Positions 15,432-29,233 of a stretch of 64,000 nucleotides of DNA are shown one piece after another. This stretch comes from Eledone cirrhosa (lineage: Eukaryota), in the NCBI GenBank assembly GCA_964016885.1, contig CAXHJY010000212.1, forward strand, positions 62,001 to 126,000. Reading direction: 5' to 3'. The first letter of the stretch is position 1. Each line of letters starts with the position of its first letter. A program made the position numbers and the translations under genes. The notes beneath the pieces were generated by a model, which was not told the origin of the DNA, ran no database searches, and was given only the letters and a program-made list of their open reading frames with translations.

Positions 15432-15758
15432 TATATGTATATGTATATATATATATACATATACATATATATATACATATATATATACATATATATATAC
15501 ATATATATATACATATATATATATAGGCATATCTCTCTCTCTATATATATAGGAATCTATCTATCTATCTATATATAGGAATCTATCTATCTATCTATCT
15601 ATATATAGGAATCTATTTATCTATCTATCTATATATAGGAATCTATCTATCTATCTATCTATCTATCTATATATAGGAATCTATCTATCTATCTATCTAT
15701 ATATAGGAATCTATCTATCTATCTATCTATCTATAGGAATCTATCTATCTATCTATAG

Positions 15759-15825
<67 letters not shown>

Positions 15826-15830
15826 TATAT
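15017..15830. repeat. (TA)n/(TATG) microsatellite followed by a (ataggaatct(atct)n) minisatellite
   Basis: Directly visible. Confidence 0.9.
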
Positions 15831-15971
15831 GTAGGCATATATCTAATATATCTATCTATATATAAATAGGCAGACATATATGTGTGCGTGTGTGTACGTA
15901 TGCATGTATATAGAGAGATATATGCTAATACTTACACACACACATATATATACACACATATATGTATATAT

Positions 15972-16024
<53 letters not shown>

Positions 16025-16100
16025 AGTGTATAGTGGAATTTATTAACCGTGTATCTAAGAGGATTCGAACTCTGATCTGTAACATTTCATTATTTACTCA

Positions 16101-16283
16101 TGGATTGGCAGTATCGGTAGAGGGTCGGACGCCATGCTTTCCAGCATAGTTACGTCCCTTTACGATCTGAGTTCAAATCCCGCCGAGGTTGACTTTGCCT
16201 TTCATCCTTACGGGGTCGATAAAATAAAGTACCAGTAATGCACTGGGTAATTGCTGGCCTTGTGCCTAAAGTAGAAACAATTA
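16101..16283 (+). mobile_element. SINE family A copy
   Basis: Matches consensus. Confidence 0.88.
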
Positions 16284-16518
16284 TTTACTCATTATCGGGT
16301 TTGCTGCCAAGATGTCTAACGATCTCCCCCACTCTCTTGGCTGAACTCTTGAGTTTCAACAGCTGTTGAAACGGCAAGAGCTCAGCCGTCGGGGTCCCAA
16401 CTCTTTATGATATAACCATACTCTACTACCACAAGTATCGAGTACTCTGTTGAGTAATGGTCTAACCAGCTTCAAACTGAATCCATCCTGATATATATAT
16501 ATATATATATATATATAG

Positions 16519-16581
<63 letters not shown>

Positions 16582-16790
16582 CCATAGAGCAAGTATTCAT
16601 TATTAGTACAGATTAAAACATTTAATCTAATTATATATATATATAACAAAACAAGGACGAATGGTTACTCCTTCATTACGTTTATTGGTTGGTGACGCGC
16701 GTTTCGCTATTAATCAGCTCAAGGTTCGATTGATCTAGCCCGACTCCGTTATCAATGGCCCTTCGGTAGTAATGACAGAATGAATATACA

Positions 16791-16936
16791 TGGAAGAGGA
16801 AGACCAAGGTTAACCTATGTTAATGCCCTAAGGACAGACACTGGTCTGTTGGAGATGCAGGACATGGCAACGATAATGAGGGACAGAGACCGCTGGAGAG
16901 AACTCGTCCATGGATCTCGGGAATTTTACCCGCCCT

Positions 16937-16939
<3 letters not shown>
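16791..16939 (+). mobile_element. RTE-like LINE 3' fragment
   Basis: Homologous to 27403-27550 and 12511-12648. Confidence 0.78.
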
Positions 16940-16973
<34 letters not shown>

Positions 16974-17085
16974 GAGAGATATAGATATAGAAATAGTAAC
17001 ACAACAGTTAGTTCACCATACCGAGAACAATTGTTTCACCTTATTCTCGGTATGGTGAACTACTTCTACCCCCTCTCTCTCTCTC

Positions 17086-17127
<42 letters not shown>

Positions 17128-17504
17128 CACCCCCTCCATCTAATCTACCAGATATATACGGCTCTGCACAAAAGATTTTCCACCGTAACAACAACCAACT
17201 CTATACTAGACACTGTCATTCTAAAATCAACACGCGTTAGGTATTATATTTGTTTAAATAGTCTGCAAAATAAGCAAGAAGAAAGAAAATTGAATTAAAT
17301 TATTGTAATATTGGAAGTTATAATTTTTTTCTTTACAATAATATTTCGATCTGATATGACCTTTTTCAAATAACTCAATAAATTCAGGAATCAACCACTG
17401 GTTGTCAAAATGTGCGAATTTAAATGTTGTACAAAGAATAACAGCGTTACATCATAGATATTTAGGCAATTCGTAATAACATGTGACACTTTTCTGTATG
17501 TATG

Positions 17505-17537
<33 letters not shown>

Positions 17538-17721
17538 ATATACATATATATGTGTGTGTGCGTGTACATACATATATGTACATATATATATATATATATA
17601 TATATAAGAAAATGAGGCTTTTTTTAAAATGAAAAACAAAACGAGATGCCCTACGCTAGTGAAAGTTTTTTAAGGAAAAGAAATCGAAAAGGCAACAGGA
17701 GTCTTTTTAAGAATTATACAC

Positions 17722-17761
<40 letters not shown>

Positions 17762-17766
<5 letters not shown>

Positions 17767-17910
17767 GGAGGTAAGTTTTATTGTAGTACAATAAAGCAAT
17801 GCAGATATCGGATAAGTAGCACTCTACAGTTTGTAGGACTGGAGTATAAATACTGCGCATAATAAAATACATGGAACTCTTTTAACCATCTTTTGATCTT
17901 ATATTATTAT
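17762..17910. repeat. Dispersed repeat; inverted copy at 23728-23958
   Basis: tgtaggaggtaagttttattgtagtacaataaagcaatgcagatatcggataag...atacatggaactctttttaaccatc is the reverse complement of both ends of 23728-23958; the middles differ. Confidence 0.75.
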
Positions 17911-17963
<53 letters not shown>

Positions 17964-18626
17964 AATGTAAGTCCATAAAATCATTTGATAAAATATATAC
18001 AGTATTTCTTCTCCCAATCAGTATAAATCAACCACATAAAAAATCAATTAAACGAGGCTATAAGTTTAAAATGTACCTAAGAAGAAACAATAGATAAATA
18101 AGTTAACCATACACAATTAGGTGCATATATATATATATATAAATGTATATAAACATAGATTTATATATAAATGCATATATATACATATAAATTTATATAT
18201 ATACATACATACATATTTAGAGACAGTGCGGGAGAGAGGGGAGAGAGAGAGGGGGGAGAGCAAGAGGGCGGCATCAAAGAGAGAGGAAGGGAGAGAGAGA
18301 GAGAGGAAGGGAGAGGGGGAGAGAAAGATCAGAGAGAGAGATAGATAGAGATAGAGAGAGAGAGATCAGAGATAGAGAGAGAGAGAGATCAGAGAGAGAG
18401 AGAGAGAGAGTGGCACCAGAGAGGGGGAGAGATATCTGAGAGAGAGATTTGCCAAAGTGTCAGCGAGAGAGGGCGAACCCTTATCCTTTAGCGTAACGTA
18501 AACATTGACGTGTCATAAAACCGGTGGGTAACACCACACCTTCCCTGCCCTCTATCTTTATAAACAACTAGTAGAATACTTGAGTCTCCGTGTGTATATA
18601 TATACATACATTATATATATATATAT

Positions 18627-18674
<48 letters not shown>

Positions 18675-19593
18675 GGGGGGGGGGGAGAGACAAACAGGCA
18701 GCAGAGGATACATATATCTATGTAAAGAGAGAGAGAGAGACAAAAAGAAAGAGAGGCAGACAAAGAGAGAGAGACAGACAGGCAGAGAGAGAGAGAGAGA
18801 CAGACAGAAATAGTGAGAGAGAGAGAGAAAGTCAGACAGAGAGACAGACAAAAAGAAAGAGAGTGAGACAGAGAGAGAGAGAGAGAGAGAGAGAAAGAGG
18901 GTGAGAGAGTGAGAAATAGATAAATATATGTATCTCTCTCTCTCTCAATGCATATGTGCGTGAGTGTGCAGGTGTGTATGTGTGTGTGCGTATTTGCATA
19001 TATGTATGTATATGTGTGTGTATATATATATGTATGTATGTGTGTATATGTATGTGTGTATATGTGTGTGTGTATATATGTGTATGTGTTCATGTATGTA
19101 GGAATAAAATATTGGGATTCTGGAAACCTCCATCCATCTGGATGTTACAAGAATGACGAACCATGTTTGTAACCTTGACCCTTCTTGCTTCAGAAGATCA
19201 GCCAGAATCCTGCAAGAGCTCGCCACATAATGGTTCCCAGCTGCTGTATAACTGTAATTATGTCACTTGTATAACTGTAATTATGTACAATATTATGAAC
19301 AGTGTATTGTATCTGAATGAATGTTATAAAGACTAGGAATGTAATTACTTGTTTAAAAATTGTTTAAGCTCCGATGATTCCAGACAATTATCTGGAAGAA
19401 ACGATCATCAGCAATTAAATGTATTAAGCATAAATTTGATTGTTTTATATTTTGCATCTCTGCTCTGTAATACATCTGATAATTTACATTGAGCCTTTTC
19501 TCTTACTGGTAATTGGGTAGTGCTTAATACTACCCTTTCGTATTTATAATTTATATATAACTCATATATAGGTATAAATAATATTATTACCAC

Positions 19594-19630
<37 letters not shown>

Positions 19631-19702
19631 ATAATAATAACTGTGAAGAACCAAAGCATCGTCTTCCTGTTTTCGGTTGCAAAGTTTTAACTTTAATCTG
19701 TT

Positions 19703-19779
<77 letters not shown>

Positions 19780-20020
19780 AGTAGGGAGTGAGCGAGCGAG
19801 AGATCGAATGAGAAAGAAGAAGAGGTCTTGTTCGGATTGGGGTGGGCTCTATTTGATGAGGGGAGCCCAGGGTTGGTTAGCAAAACAATATCGAACCTGT
19901 AAGTCTTCGTTCGTGCCAGAATTAACGGCATGGAAGTGACCGTCACTAGCTTAGCGTTGCGTTAGGTCAGACATGTGAAGATGATCAAAAAGACAGACTG
20001 TTCTCAGTTATTCTCTAGAG

Positions 20021-20331
20021 CAGTGCATCTCAAACTATCTGATGTGGCGGACCGGCATTTTTTTTTTTCAATGTGCCACGTACCGCTAATATTTCGTAGT
20101 AATATTAATTTATACCGGAAACGATATATATAATGAATATAATAATAGTTGACCATTTTTTTATCTTATATTTATTTTGTAAACAAATAATACAATATCA
20201 AAACATATAAAAAAAGTAATAAAAAAATTCCTTAAATGATTCCTTAGCATGGCCTGGACACTGGCCGCGTACCGGTAGCTGATGGCTCGCGTACCGGCAC
20301 CGGTCCGCGGACCACACTTTGAGTAGCAGTG
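20021..20331. mobile_element. Non-autonomous hAT (Charlie-like) MITE
   Basis: Termini CAGTGCATCTCAAA... / ...TTTGAGTAGCAGTG, subterminal GCGGACC/GGTCCGC; left flank CTCTAGAG fits the Charlie target preference; right TSD degenerate. Confidence 0.65.
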
Positions 20332-20544
20332 CTGACATGTAGAGCAAGAGTGAAAGGCGGACAGAAAAAAGCAATTCAAGGACGATTTCCTACAGATTCT
20401 GAAAAACTAGAAAAATTCCATTGTCTAGCTCAGGGGGTCGGCAACCCCTAGCCCACGAAGGACTTTTGTCCGTACTCGTGTACAGGTTTCAATATTAGAC
20501 TAAGGATCCTTGAAAAAGAGCTCTGAAAGGGGATTAGAATACTA

Positions 20545-20735
20545 ACTAGAGGTTTCTGGTGTCTTCGGCCCTAGGCATACCTCTCTACTCACCACCATAG
20601 GCGCTGAGCTGACCAGCAGCAGGTGTGAGCTCCGCAAGCTGGAATGGCTTTTCCAGCGCGTCTCCCTTGGCGTCCTCCGGGGAAAAACCTTCTCTATTGT
20701 GTCCGCCGGGGCTGTCGGGAGACAAACCGATTAAA
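20545..20735 (+). mobile_element. CRE-clade non-LTR retrotransposon 3' remnant (restriction-like endonuclease tail)
   Basis: Pieces translate EVSGVFGP.. and ELRKLEWLFQRVSLGVLRGKTFSIVSA, resembling the CRE C-terminus. Confidence 0.55.
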
Positions 20736-22252
20736 TTACAATGTTAGCGGAGTTCGAAAGTTGTCATAGCATCTTGTGTTCGTTCGTGTTAATTGATGAT
20801 GGAAGGATTATAAGTTACCCCGTGTTTTCAATATCACCATCTGTTTTCCTGGTTTTTGCTTCCTCTATTTCGTCTCCAGTCTTCATTTGTTAATATCTTT
20901 GTTATTAACTAGAGAACATGTCTAGCCACAAGACATCGAGGCCAAGGGGACTGCGTGTGTGTGTTTGTGTGTATTCGTGTACATGATGGCTGCAAACTCT
21001 ATTGCAGTTGCTTGTCAGATTACAGAAAATGGTGCATTTTTAGGCTACGGCCAGCCACACAAACCTGTAACAGATCTTGAACAAGCAATGCCTGTGCTTT
21101 GAAAGTTTTTTAAGTGGGGAAAGGTCTATTCGTGTATATACGTGCATACATAGTATGTATATGGCAGGGATGTGAAATGACCCAGACTCTAGCTGATAAC
21201 ATGCAGCAAAGGAGCTGCAAGTTTGACGTTCCCTTCTCATTCAGCACCTCCCTGAGTTTTCTAATCTTCACCCTGATCAGGTCATTGCGATCAAAGAACA
21301 GGTGTTTTCTTTCATACTAATCCGTGTCTTCCTGGTATGTTTAGGGCTAGGTTTTAACCAGGTGACAGGTGCATGGCTTAGCTGCAGCAGCAATAACAAT
21401 CTGGTCCACCAGCACAAGCAGATGTGCAATATCTGCAGCCGAGCTTATTGCTACCCTATTGCTACCCTACGGAAATTTTCATTCATGTCCAGAGCAATCT
21501 CCGGATTTCATGAAGGGGGAAAATCATCGGTGGCATCGAATGATTTGTTAATAGAGAGTGTGTGTGTGTGTGTGGGGCAGTCTGTGTGTGTGCGTGTGTG
21601 TGTGTGTGTGTGTGGCAGTCTGTGTGTGTGCGTGTGGACGTGTGTTTGACGACGTGTTTGTTGAAGTGTGTGTGGACGCTTGTTTGGACGTGTTTGTGGA
21701 CGTGTGTGTGTGTGTGTATGTATGAGTGAGTAGGTGTGCGTGTGGAGATATATATGAGTGAGTGTGTGTGTGTGTGTGTGGTTGTGTGTGTGTGTGTGTG
21801 GTTATATGTGTATAATGACGGTGGTAGTGGTGGTGGCGACATTGATGATATGTAATGCTTATGGTGGTGGTGGTGTCAGTGATGATGGTAGTGATGGTGG
21901 CGCGGGAAACTGTGGTGGTGGTGGTGGTGGTGGATCTCGGTGAAGGCGTTACCAATCTTACCCACAGACACCAGAAACTGTTCAAGACAGGGTCGTTAAG
22001 TACAGTCAGCAACCAGTGATTTCTCTACTGATTCCCCCCACCCTGCTGTGTACACACACACACACGTGTATATATATATATATATATATAGGTATATCTA
22101 TCTATTATATATACATGTATATCTATATGTACATATATATATATATGCATGTGTGTGTGTATGTACACGTGTATGAGTATATTCAAAAGTATGTGCGGTG
22201 TTTGTTGAAATATGAGTGTTTATCGGATTGCGTATGTATGTATATGTATGTA

Positions 22253-22299
<47 letters not shown>

Positions 22300-22443
22300 T
22301 ATACATACATAAATAAATATATATACATATATATTCATATAAATACATAAATGTATATATATATATATACATGTATATCTATCTATCTATCTATATATTT
22401 ATATACATGTATATTCATATACATACATAAATGTATATATATA

Positions 22444-22475
<32 letters not shown>

Positions 22476-22604
22476 CATGTATATCTATCTATCTATATAT
22501 ATATACATATATACACTGATATAGATATCCATATATATCCATAAATATATATATAAATATATATATATATAGGTATATCTATCTATTATATATACATGTA
22601 TATC

Positions 22605-22635
<31 letters not shown>

Positions 22636-22791
22636 ATTTACATTTAAGTATACACACGAAGAGTAACCTACGTGTATTCGCCCGCCTTACCCCGCTCTCA
22701 TACAACCTTATACAAACATATACGCACTCCCATACATGCACACACCTATTAAATAATTATTTAATTAACTAATTATGTATTAAAAAAAAAA

Positions 22792-22965
22792 GGTGCAGGC
22801 ATAGATGTGTGTTTAAGGAATTCGTATCTGAACCACGTGGTTTCGAGTTCACACCTACGGCGTTGCACCCTTGCGCAAGTGTCTCCTAATAACTTCGACT
22901 TCACTAATGCTTTGTGCATGGAATTTGGTAGATGAGAAAACGGAAACAAACTGCAAAGGCCGTCA
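22792..22965 (+). mobile_element. Degenerate second tRNA-derived SINE family (octopus-type)
   Basis: ggtgcaggcatagatgtgtgtttaag...aaccacgtggtttcgagttca...gcaagtgtct...atttggtaga...ggccgtc resembles, from memory, an abundant Octopus SINE. Confidence 0.6.
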
Positions 22966-23031
22966 TTATATATATATATAAGTACCAGTAATGTACTGGG
23001 TAATTGCTGACCTTGTGCCTAAAATAGAAAC

Positions 23032-23065
<34 letters not shown>

Positions 23066-23069
<4 letters not shown>

Positions 23070-23244
23070 GTTTCTACTTTTGGCACAAGGCCAGCAATTA
23101 ACCAGTACATTACTGGTACTTTATTTTATCGACCCCGTAAGGATGAAAGGCAAAGTTAATCTCGGCAGGATTTGAACTCAAATCGTCAAGGGCCGTAACA
23201 CTATGCCGCAAATCATGGCGTCCGACCATCTACCGATACTGCCA
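23066..23244 (-). mobile_element. SINE family A copy, tail-to-tail with a 3' fragment at 22979-23035 across (TA)n
   Basis: Matches consensus. Confidence 0.85.
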
Positions 23245-23504
23245 GGATGAATGGTTAAGCCTGCATTATTTTCATTGGTTGGTGACGCGTGTTTCTCTAT
23301 TGATTAGCTCAAGGTTCTGCATCGATCTGGTCCGACTCTGAAATCACAAGATCGTCGGACCCTGGAATCATCGGATTTCAGAGGTCCGACAAGTTCTTGA
23401 TTCCCGAGTCGGGCCAGATCGATACAGATCGAACCTTGAGGTGATCAATAGCGAAACGCGCGTCACCAACCAATAAACGTAATGAAGGCTTAACAAATCG
23501 TCCT
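23244..23504. repeat. Long imperfect fold-back element (~115-bp arms); one arm also at 16653-16747
   Basis: ttggttggtgacgcgtgtttc...tcggacc / ggtccga...gaaacgcgcgtcaccaaccaa. Confidence 0.8.
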
Positions 23505-23615
23505 TGTAGTATTATATTACACTCTGTCTAGCTCTACACCTCGCCACTGACATGGACCTAAGCACCGAGTGCTCACCTGGGTGACCCTACAGTGACTTCA
23601 CGTTACACTCCCTGG

Positions 23616-23724
<109 letters not shown>

Positions 23725-23956
23725 TATAATATAAGATCAAAAGATGGTTAAAAGAGTTCCATGTATTTTATTATGCGCATTTCAAAAACAAACATCATCA
23801 TGCAATAATATTTGTGTTTTCATCAGATAAAACAGGAGAACATGATATGAAGGCTAAAAAACACTTGTGGATAGTGCAGTTTTAAATCAACTGTAGAGTG
23901 CTTCTTATCCGATATCTGCATTGCTTTATTGTACTACAATAAAACTCACCTCCTAC

Positions 23957-24027
<71 letters not shown>

Positions 24028-24089
24028 AAAAGTTTGGTAGAAATATCCAAGGGTAAGAAAACCGTTACTTAGTATCAATATTATTTACT

Positions 24090-24250
24090 GTCGGACGCCA
24101 TGCTTTGCAGCATAGTTAGGGCCCTTTACGGTCTGAGTTCAAATCCCGCCGGGGTTAACTTTGCCTTTCATCCTTACGGGGTCGATAAAATAAAGTACCA
24201 GTAATGCACTGGGATAATTGCTGGCCTTGTGCCAAAAGTAGAAACAATTA
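24090..24250 (+). mobile_element. SINE family A copy (5'-truncated)
   Basis: Matches consensus from gtcggacgcc onward. Confidence 0.85.
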
Positions 24251-25782
24251 TCTAAGATTCATGGCCACAGGTAAAGGTAGGGACAAACAGCGAATTGAAG
24301 ATAGCGAGTTTGGCTTTTACACCTGCCTCTCTTTTTCTGAATGTTACATCCACCTCCCCGCTTCTTTTTCTTCTTCGCCCACTTATTCCTGAGAGGATCG
24401 TGGAGCCAGAGCCCTCACACACTCCTTCCAGCGGGTCCTCTCAAAAGCAAACGTCTCCAACTGATTCGGCTGGGCACCCATGTGAGACCAGCCAAGCTCA
24501 TGGATGTTATCCAAGTATCTTCACCCCTGAGCCAGTACAGCCCACCTACCAAGTCAGTCTAATTGTTTAGATAAAACAATGTAGAAATATACAAATAATG
24601 TCGTTGACGAACAATATCACATTTGGTTCAAAGATATTATAAAGGATAATTCGTGTATAATATGAAAATCGAGTTCAACAGCGGATCTTATATTCAAGAC
24701 GTAAGATAAACGGTGTAGATGTAGATTAGTCTGCAATATGAATTTAAAAAACGGCAGCATTTATAAGAGAAATATTGTACACGTATTACTGTTGGCAAGG
24801 GACTTGTTTCAGGGGGAGGGTACCATGGGACAAGCCCCTCCCCCCACTTTTTCAAATGTCTATGTTTTATTTTTTGTTTATTTGATATAAGAAATTTTTT
24901 TAAGCTTATTTTTTTTTATATCCGAACTTCATTTGAATATATAAAATTTAATTAGCGTAAAATTTTCTTTATGTGATAGGGTCCAGGAAAGACACCATAA
25001 GCAATATTAACATGCTCCTTTAATAATCTACAAAGATTGGTTTGTCCCCCTCACATTTTAAAGGTAAACGAGGTCCCTGGCTGCTGATGATCGAACTTTC
25101 TGGAGAAGAATATCTCATATTGATGCGCAGTCTACAACTGGCGGAGTTTAGTGTCACAAGAAGATATCGATATATTAAAACAGTATTGATAATATGAAGC
25201 ATTCTGTAATAAATAACTTATAAGTATTTCAGAAATCTGCTACAATGCTCTTTATATATTTCTACTACATTGTATCGCCTTTCTGAAGCTTATCAGTCAT
25301 TTATTACAATTAATATATTAGTTTAGAACGTCAGACGGTTAATATTAATAAATCTGCTAAAACAGGGATCTGTTTTTCAAAGACACAAAAGGGTCTTTAC
25401 GTCGTCAGAGATAGGCGCAAGGGGTCAACGTGAGGTAATAGGCGGCTATTTATTTATTAATTATTATTTTTATTTTATCAAAATTAATACACAACTGATA
25501 ATAAGTGGGATATATGAATTAGTAGAAAATATAGAGGGTGGGGCATATTTTTTATTGCCGCGGGCTATAGAAAAGAAGTTTGCAGGCAGCGTGAGACCCA
25601 CGGGTGAGGCGTTTCAGACCCCTGCGCTAAATGAGGCAAAAAATGAAGAGAAACGTACTTACTGGAACTGTCAGGTTTGTTCAGGTAAGCATGTGTCTCC
25701 TGGAGTAACTAGCTGAGAGGTGAGTCCCGCACAAAGTTGACGTTATGTTGTTGCGACAGGCGAAGAACGTGTACACCATTTT

Positions 25783-25854
25783 CATTTCAGTGCGCATGCG
25801 TTTGAGTTCACATTTCAGTGCGCATGCGTTTGAGTTCACATTTCAGTGTGCATG
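25783..25854. promoter_or_regulatory. 28-bp tandem repeat (~2.6 copies) with two intact GCGCATGCG (NRF1-type) motifs; possible promoter
   Basis: catttcagtgcgcatgcgtttgagttca twice plus a partial copy. Confidence 0.35.
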
Positions 25855-25916
25855 AAATTTGTTGCCAACTATGAAGAAAACAAAAGATGTTTACACTGTA
25901 ATTAACGAAATAATAT

Positions 25917-26290
25917 AATTGTTTCTACTTTAGGCACAAGGGCAGCAATTATCCCAGTGTATTACTGGTACATTATTTTATAGGATGAAGGGCGGTGGAT
26001 TGACAGTATCAGTAGAGGCTCCGACGCCATGCTTTCCAACATAGTTACGTCCTTTTACGATCTGAGTTCAAATCCCGCCGAGGTTGACTTTGCCTTTCAT
26101 CATTACGGGGTCGATAAAATAAAGTACCAGTAATGCACTGGATAATTGGTGGCCTTGTGCCTAAAGTAAAAACAATTATTTTATAGGATGAAAGGCAAAG
26201 TTAACCTCGGCGGGATTTGAACTCAGAACACAAAGGTCCGTAACTCTTTGCTGCAAAGCATGGCGTCTGACCCTCTGCCGATACTGCCAA
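25917..26290 (-). mobile_element. SINE family A (minus) interrupted by a second SINE A copy (plus, 25990-26174)
   Basis: Inner copy flanked by the direct repeat attattttataggatgaa at 25972-25989 and 26175-26192. Confidence 0.85.
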
Positions 26291-26443
26291 ATAATATAAT
26301 ATTGATTTTTAAACAGGTAGTTAAGTTTCGTTGTGTTGTGGAACCCAACTCATTCAGCCTGTCATGAGAACAATATAACAGGCTGAATGGGATGGGGTCC
26401 AGAACCCAAGGAAAGGTAACTACCTGTTTATGTCACTGTTGTA

Positions 26444-26540
<97 letters not shown>

Positions 26541-26629
26541 TTGAAAACACACACAAAAAAAAACTCCCTTTCAGAGCCAATTTCATTGGAAAACGATGTT
26601 AGACAGGGGGATATATATATATATATATA

Positions 26630-26677
<48 letters not shown>

Positions 26678-26793
26678 TATATATATATATATGCATATAT
26701 ATATATATGCATATATATATATATGCATATATATATATATGCATATATGCATATATATATATGCATATATGCATATATATATATATGCATATA

Positions 26794-26857
<64 letters not shown>

Positions 26858-26871
26858 TATATATATATATA

Positions 26872-26907
<36 letters not shown>

Positions 26908-27402
26908 TATATATATATATATATGCATATATATATATATATGCATATATATATATATGCATATATATATATGCATATATATATATATATAATATAATAA
27001 ATAACAAAGAACGCCTATAGCATATGCATATCTTTACTTGCTAACATTGTTTCATCCGCACTATAAGTGGGACTCATCAGAGCATAAAGGTTAATTACAT
27101 ACCACACAAGCAATAACAAATCACAGTATAAGGTTAGCTCGATGTCTGAGTATAAGGTTAGATCGATCTCGGGAATTTTACCCGCCTTAGAATAGAATAT
27201 ATATATATATATATGCATATATATATATATATATGCATATAAATATATATATATGCATATATATATGTATGCATATATATATATATATGCATATAAATAT
27301 ATGCATATATATATATGCATATATATATATATATATATGCATATATATATATATATATGCATATATATATATATATATCCATATATATATATATCTATCT
27401 AT

Positions 27403-27763
27403 CTAAGGCGGGTAAAATTCCCGAGATCCATGGATGAGTTCTCTCCAGCGGTCTCTGTCCCTCATTATCGCTGCCATGTCCTGCGTCTCCAACAGACCAG
27501 TGTCTGTCCTTAGGGCATCAACATATGTTAACCTTGGTCTTCCTCTTCCAGTGTGTCCATGTAGGGGCTCCAATAGGAGCACTGAGTGCAGTGTCAACTC
27601 TGGGTGTCGGTGAGCATGTCCAGTTAACCTCAGTCTCCTCTGTGTCACTTTTGAGCTGACTTTTGGGAGGCTCCCACACAGCTCTGAGTTTTTCATCCTC
27701 AGTGTATACTGATTAATGTTCAGAGCCATCCTCAGCATTCTCGTGTAGCACCCCTCCACCATC
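27403..27763 (-). mobile_element. RTE-like LINE 3' fragment (C-terminal ~119 aa)
   Basis: [45 protein letters not shown]; both ends in (TA)n/(TATGCA)n. Confidence 0.8.
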
Positions 27764-28718
<955 letters not shown>

Positions 28719-28833
28719 CATTAAAAAATATAGATGTCATGTTTGAGAAAGCCTCAAACATGCGTCCTATCACCTGTAGGTCAAAGAATGATTGTAATGA
28801 ATAAATCAGGACATTTATTACAAAATATTGATT

Positions 28834-28868
<35 letters not shown>

Positions 28869-28972
28869 TGAGGTGTCGGTAAACAACTAACACATACTCA
28901 AAATTTATATATATATATCGATAATCATGTCATTTGATCTATATGTATATATGACAATCAATATTTTATATA

Positions 28973-29037
28973 TAAGTATGTATGTATACGTACATACATA
29001 TATGTATACAGACGTACAGTAGCATGCATATATATAT
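28973..29037 (-). repeat. Inverted fragment of the array unit at the array's left junction
   Basis: taagtatgtatgtatacgtacatacatatatgtatacagacgtacagtagcatgcatatat is the reverse complement of the unit segment atatatgcatgctactgtacgtctg...catactta. Confidence 0.9.
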
Positions 29038-29089
29038 TTTGTTTCAATTTATCGTTTTCGGTATGCCTGACCGATTTAACTCACTCAAT

Positions 29090-29097
29090 ATGCAAAT
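29090..29097 (+). promoter_or_regulatory. Octamer motif ATGCAAAT (present in every unit)
   Basis: Exact match; function inferred. Confidence 0.45.
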
Positions 29098-29146
29098 TAG
29101 GCTGCTCAGCCGTTAATTTTCATAAGGAAAGTATATACTTTCGAAC

Positions 29147-29233
29147 GTTCAACTATCTGGCAGATGGGTAAACGGTGCTGATGATAGCTAACAAGCTTGA
29201 AACTAGTACATCGTTCCTGTGTCAGTGTTGAAC
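29147..29233 (+). ncRNA. Type I hammerhead ribozyme (first copy; one per unit)
   Basis: Stem I AACGGUG(29171-77)/CAUCGUU(29209-15); core CUGAUGA(29178-84); stem II U-AGCU-AACA-AGCU-U; GAAA(29199-202); stem III AC-UA-GU; cleavage triplet GUA, cut 29208^29209; stem I extends GGG/CCU, CUGGCA/UGUCAG, GUUCAAC/GUUGAAC. Confidence 0.85.

Noticed and set aside
13969-15552. Gly/Ser-rich 517-aa ORF
   Set aside because: Runs from a SINE tail through (GGT)n and (TA)n repeats
24355-24545. Possible RTE 3' relic on the minus strand (..ERTRWKECVRAL..)
   Set aside because: Too degenerate to call with confidence
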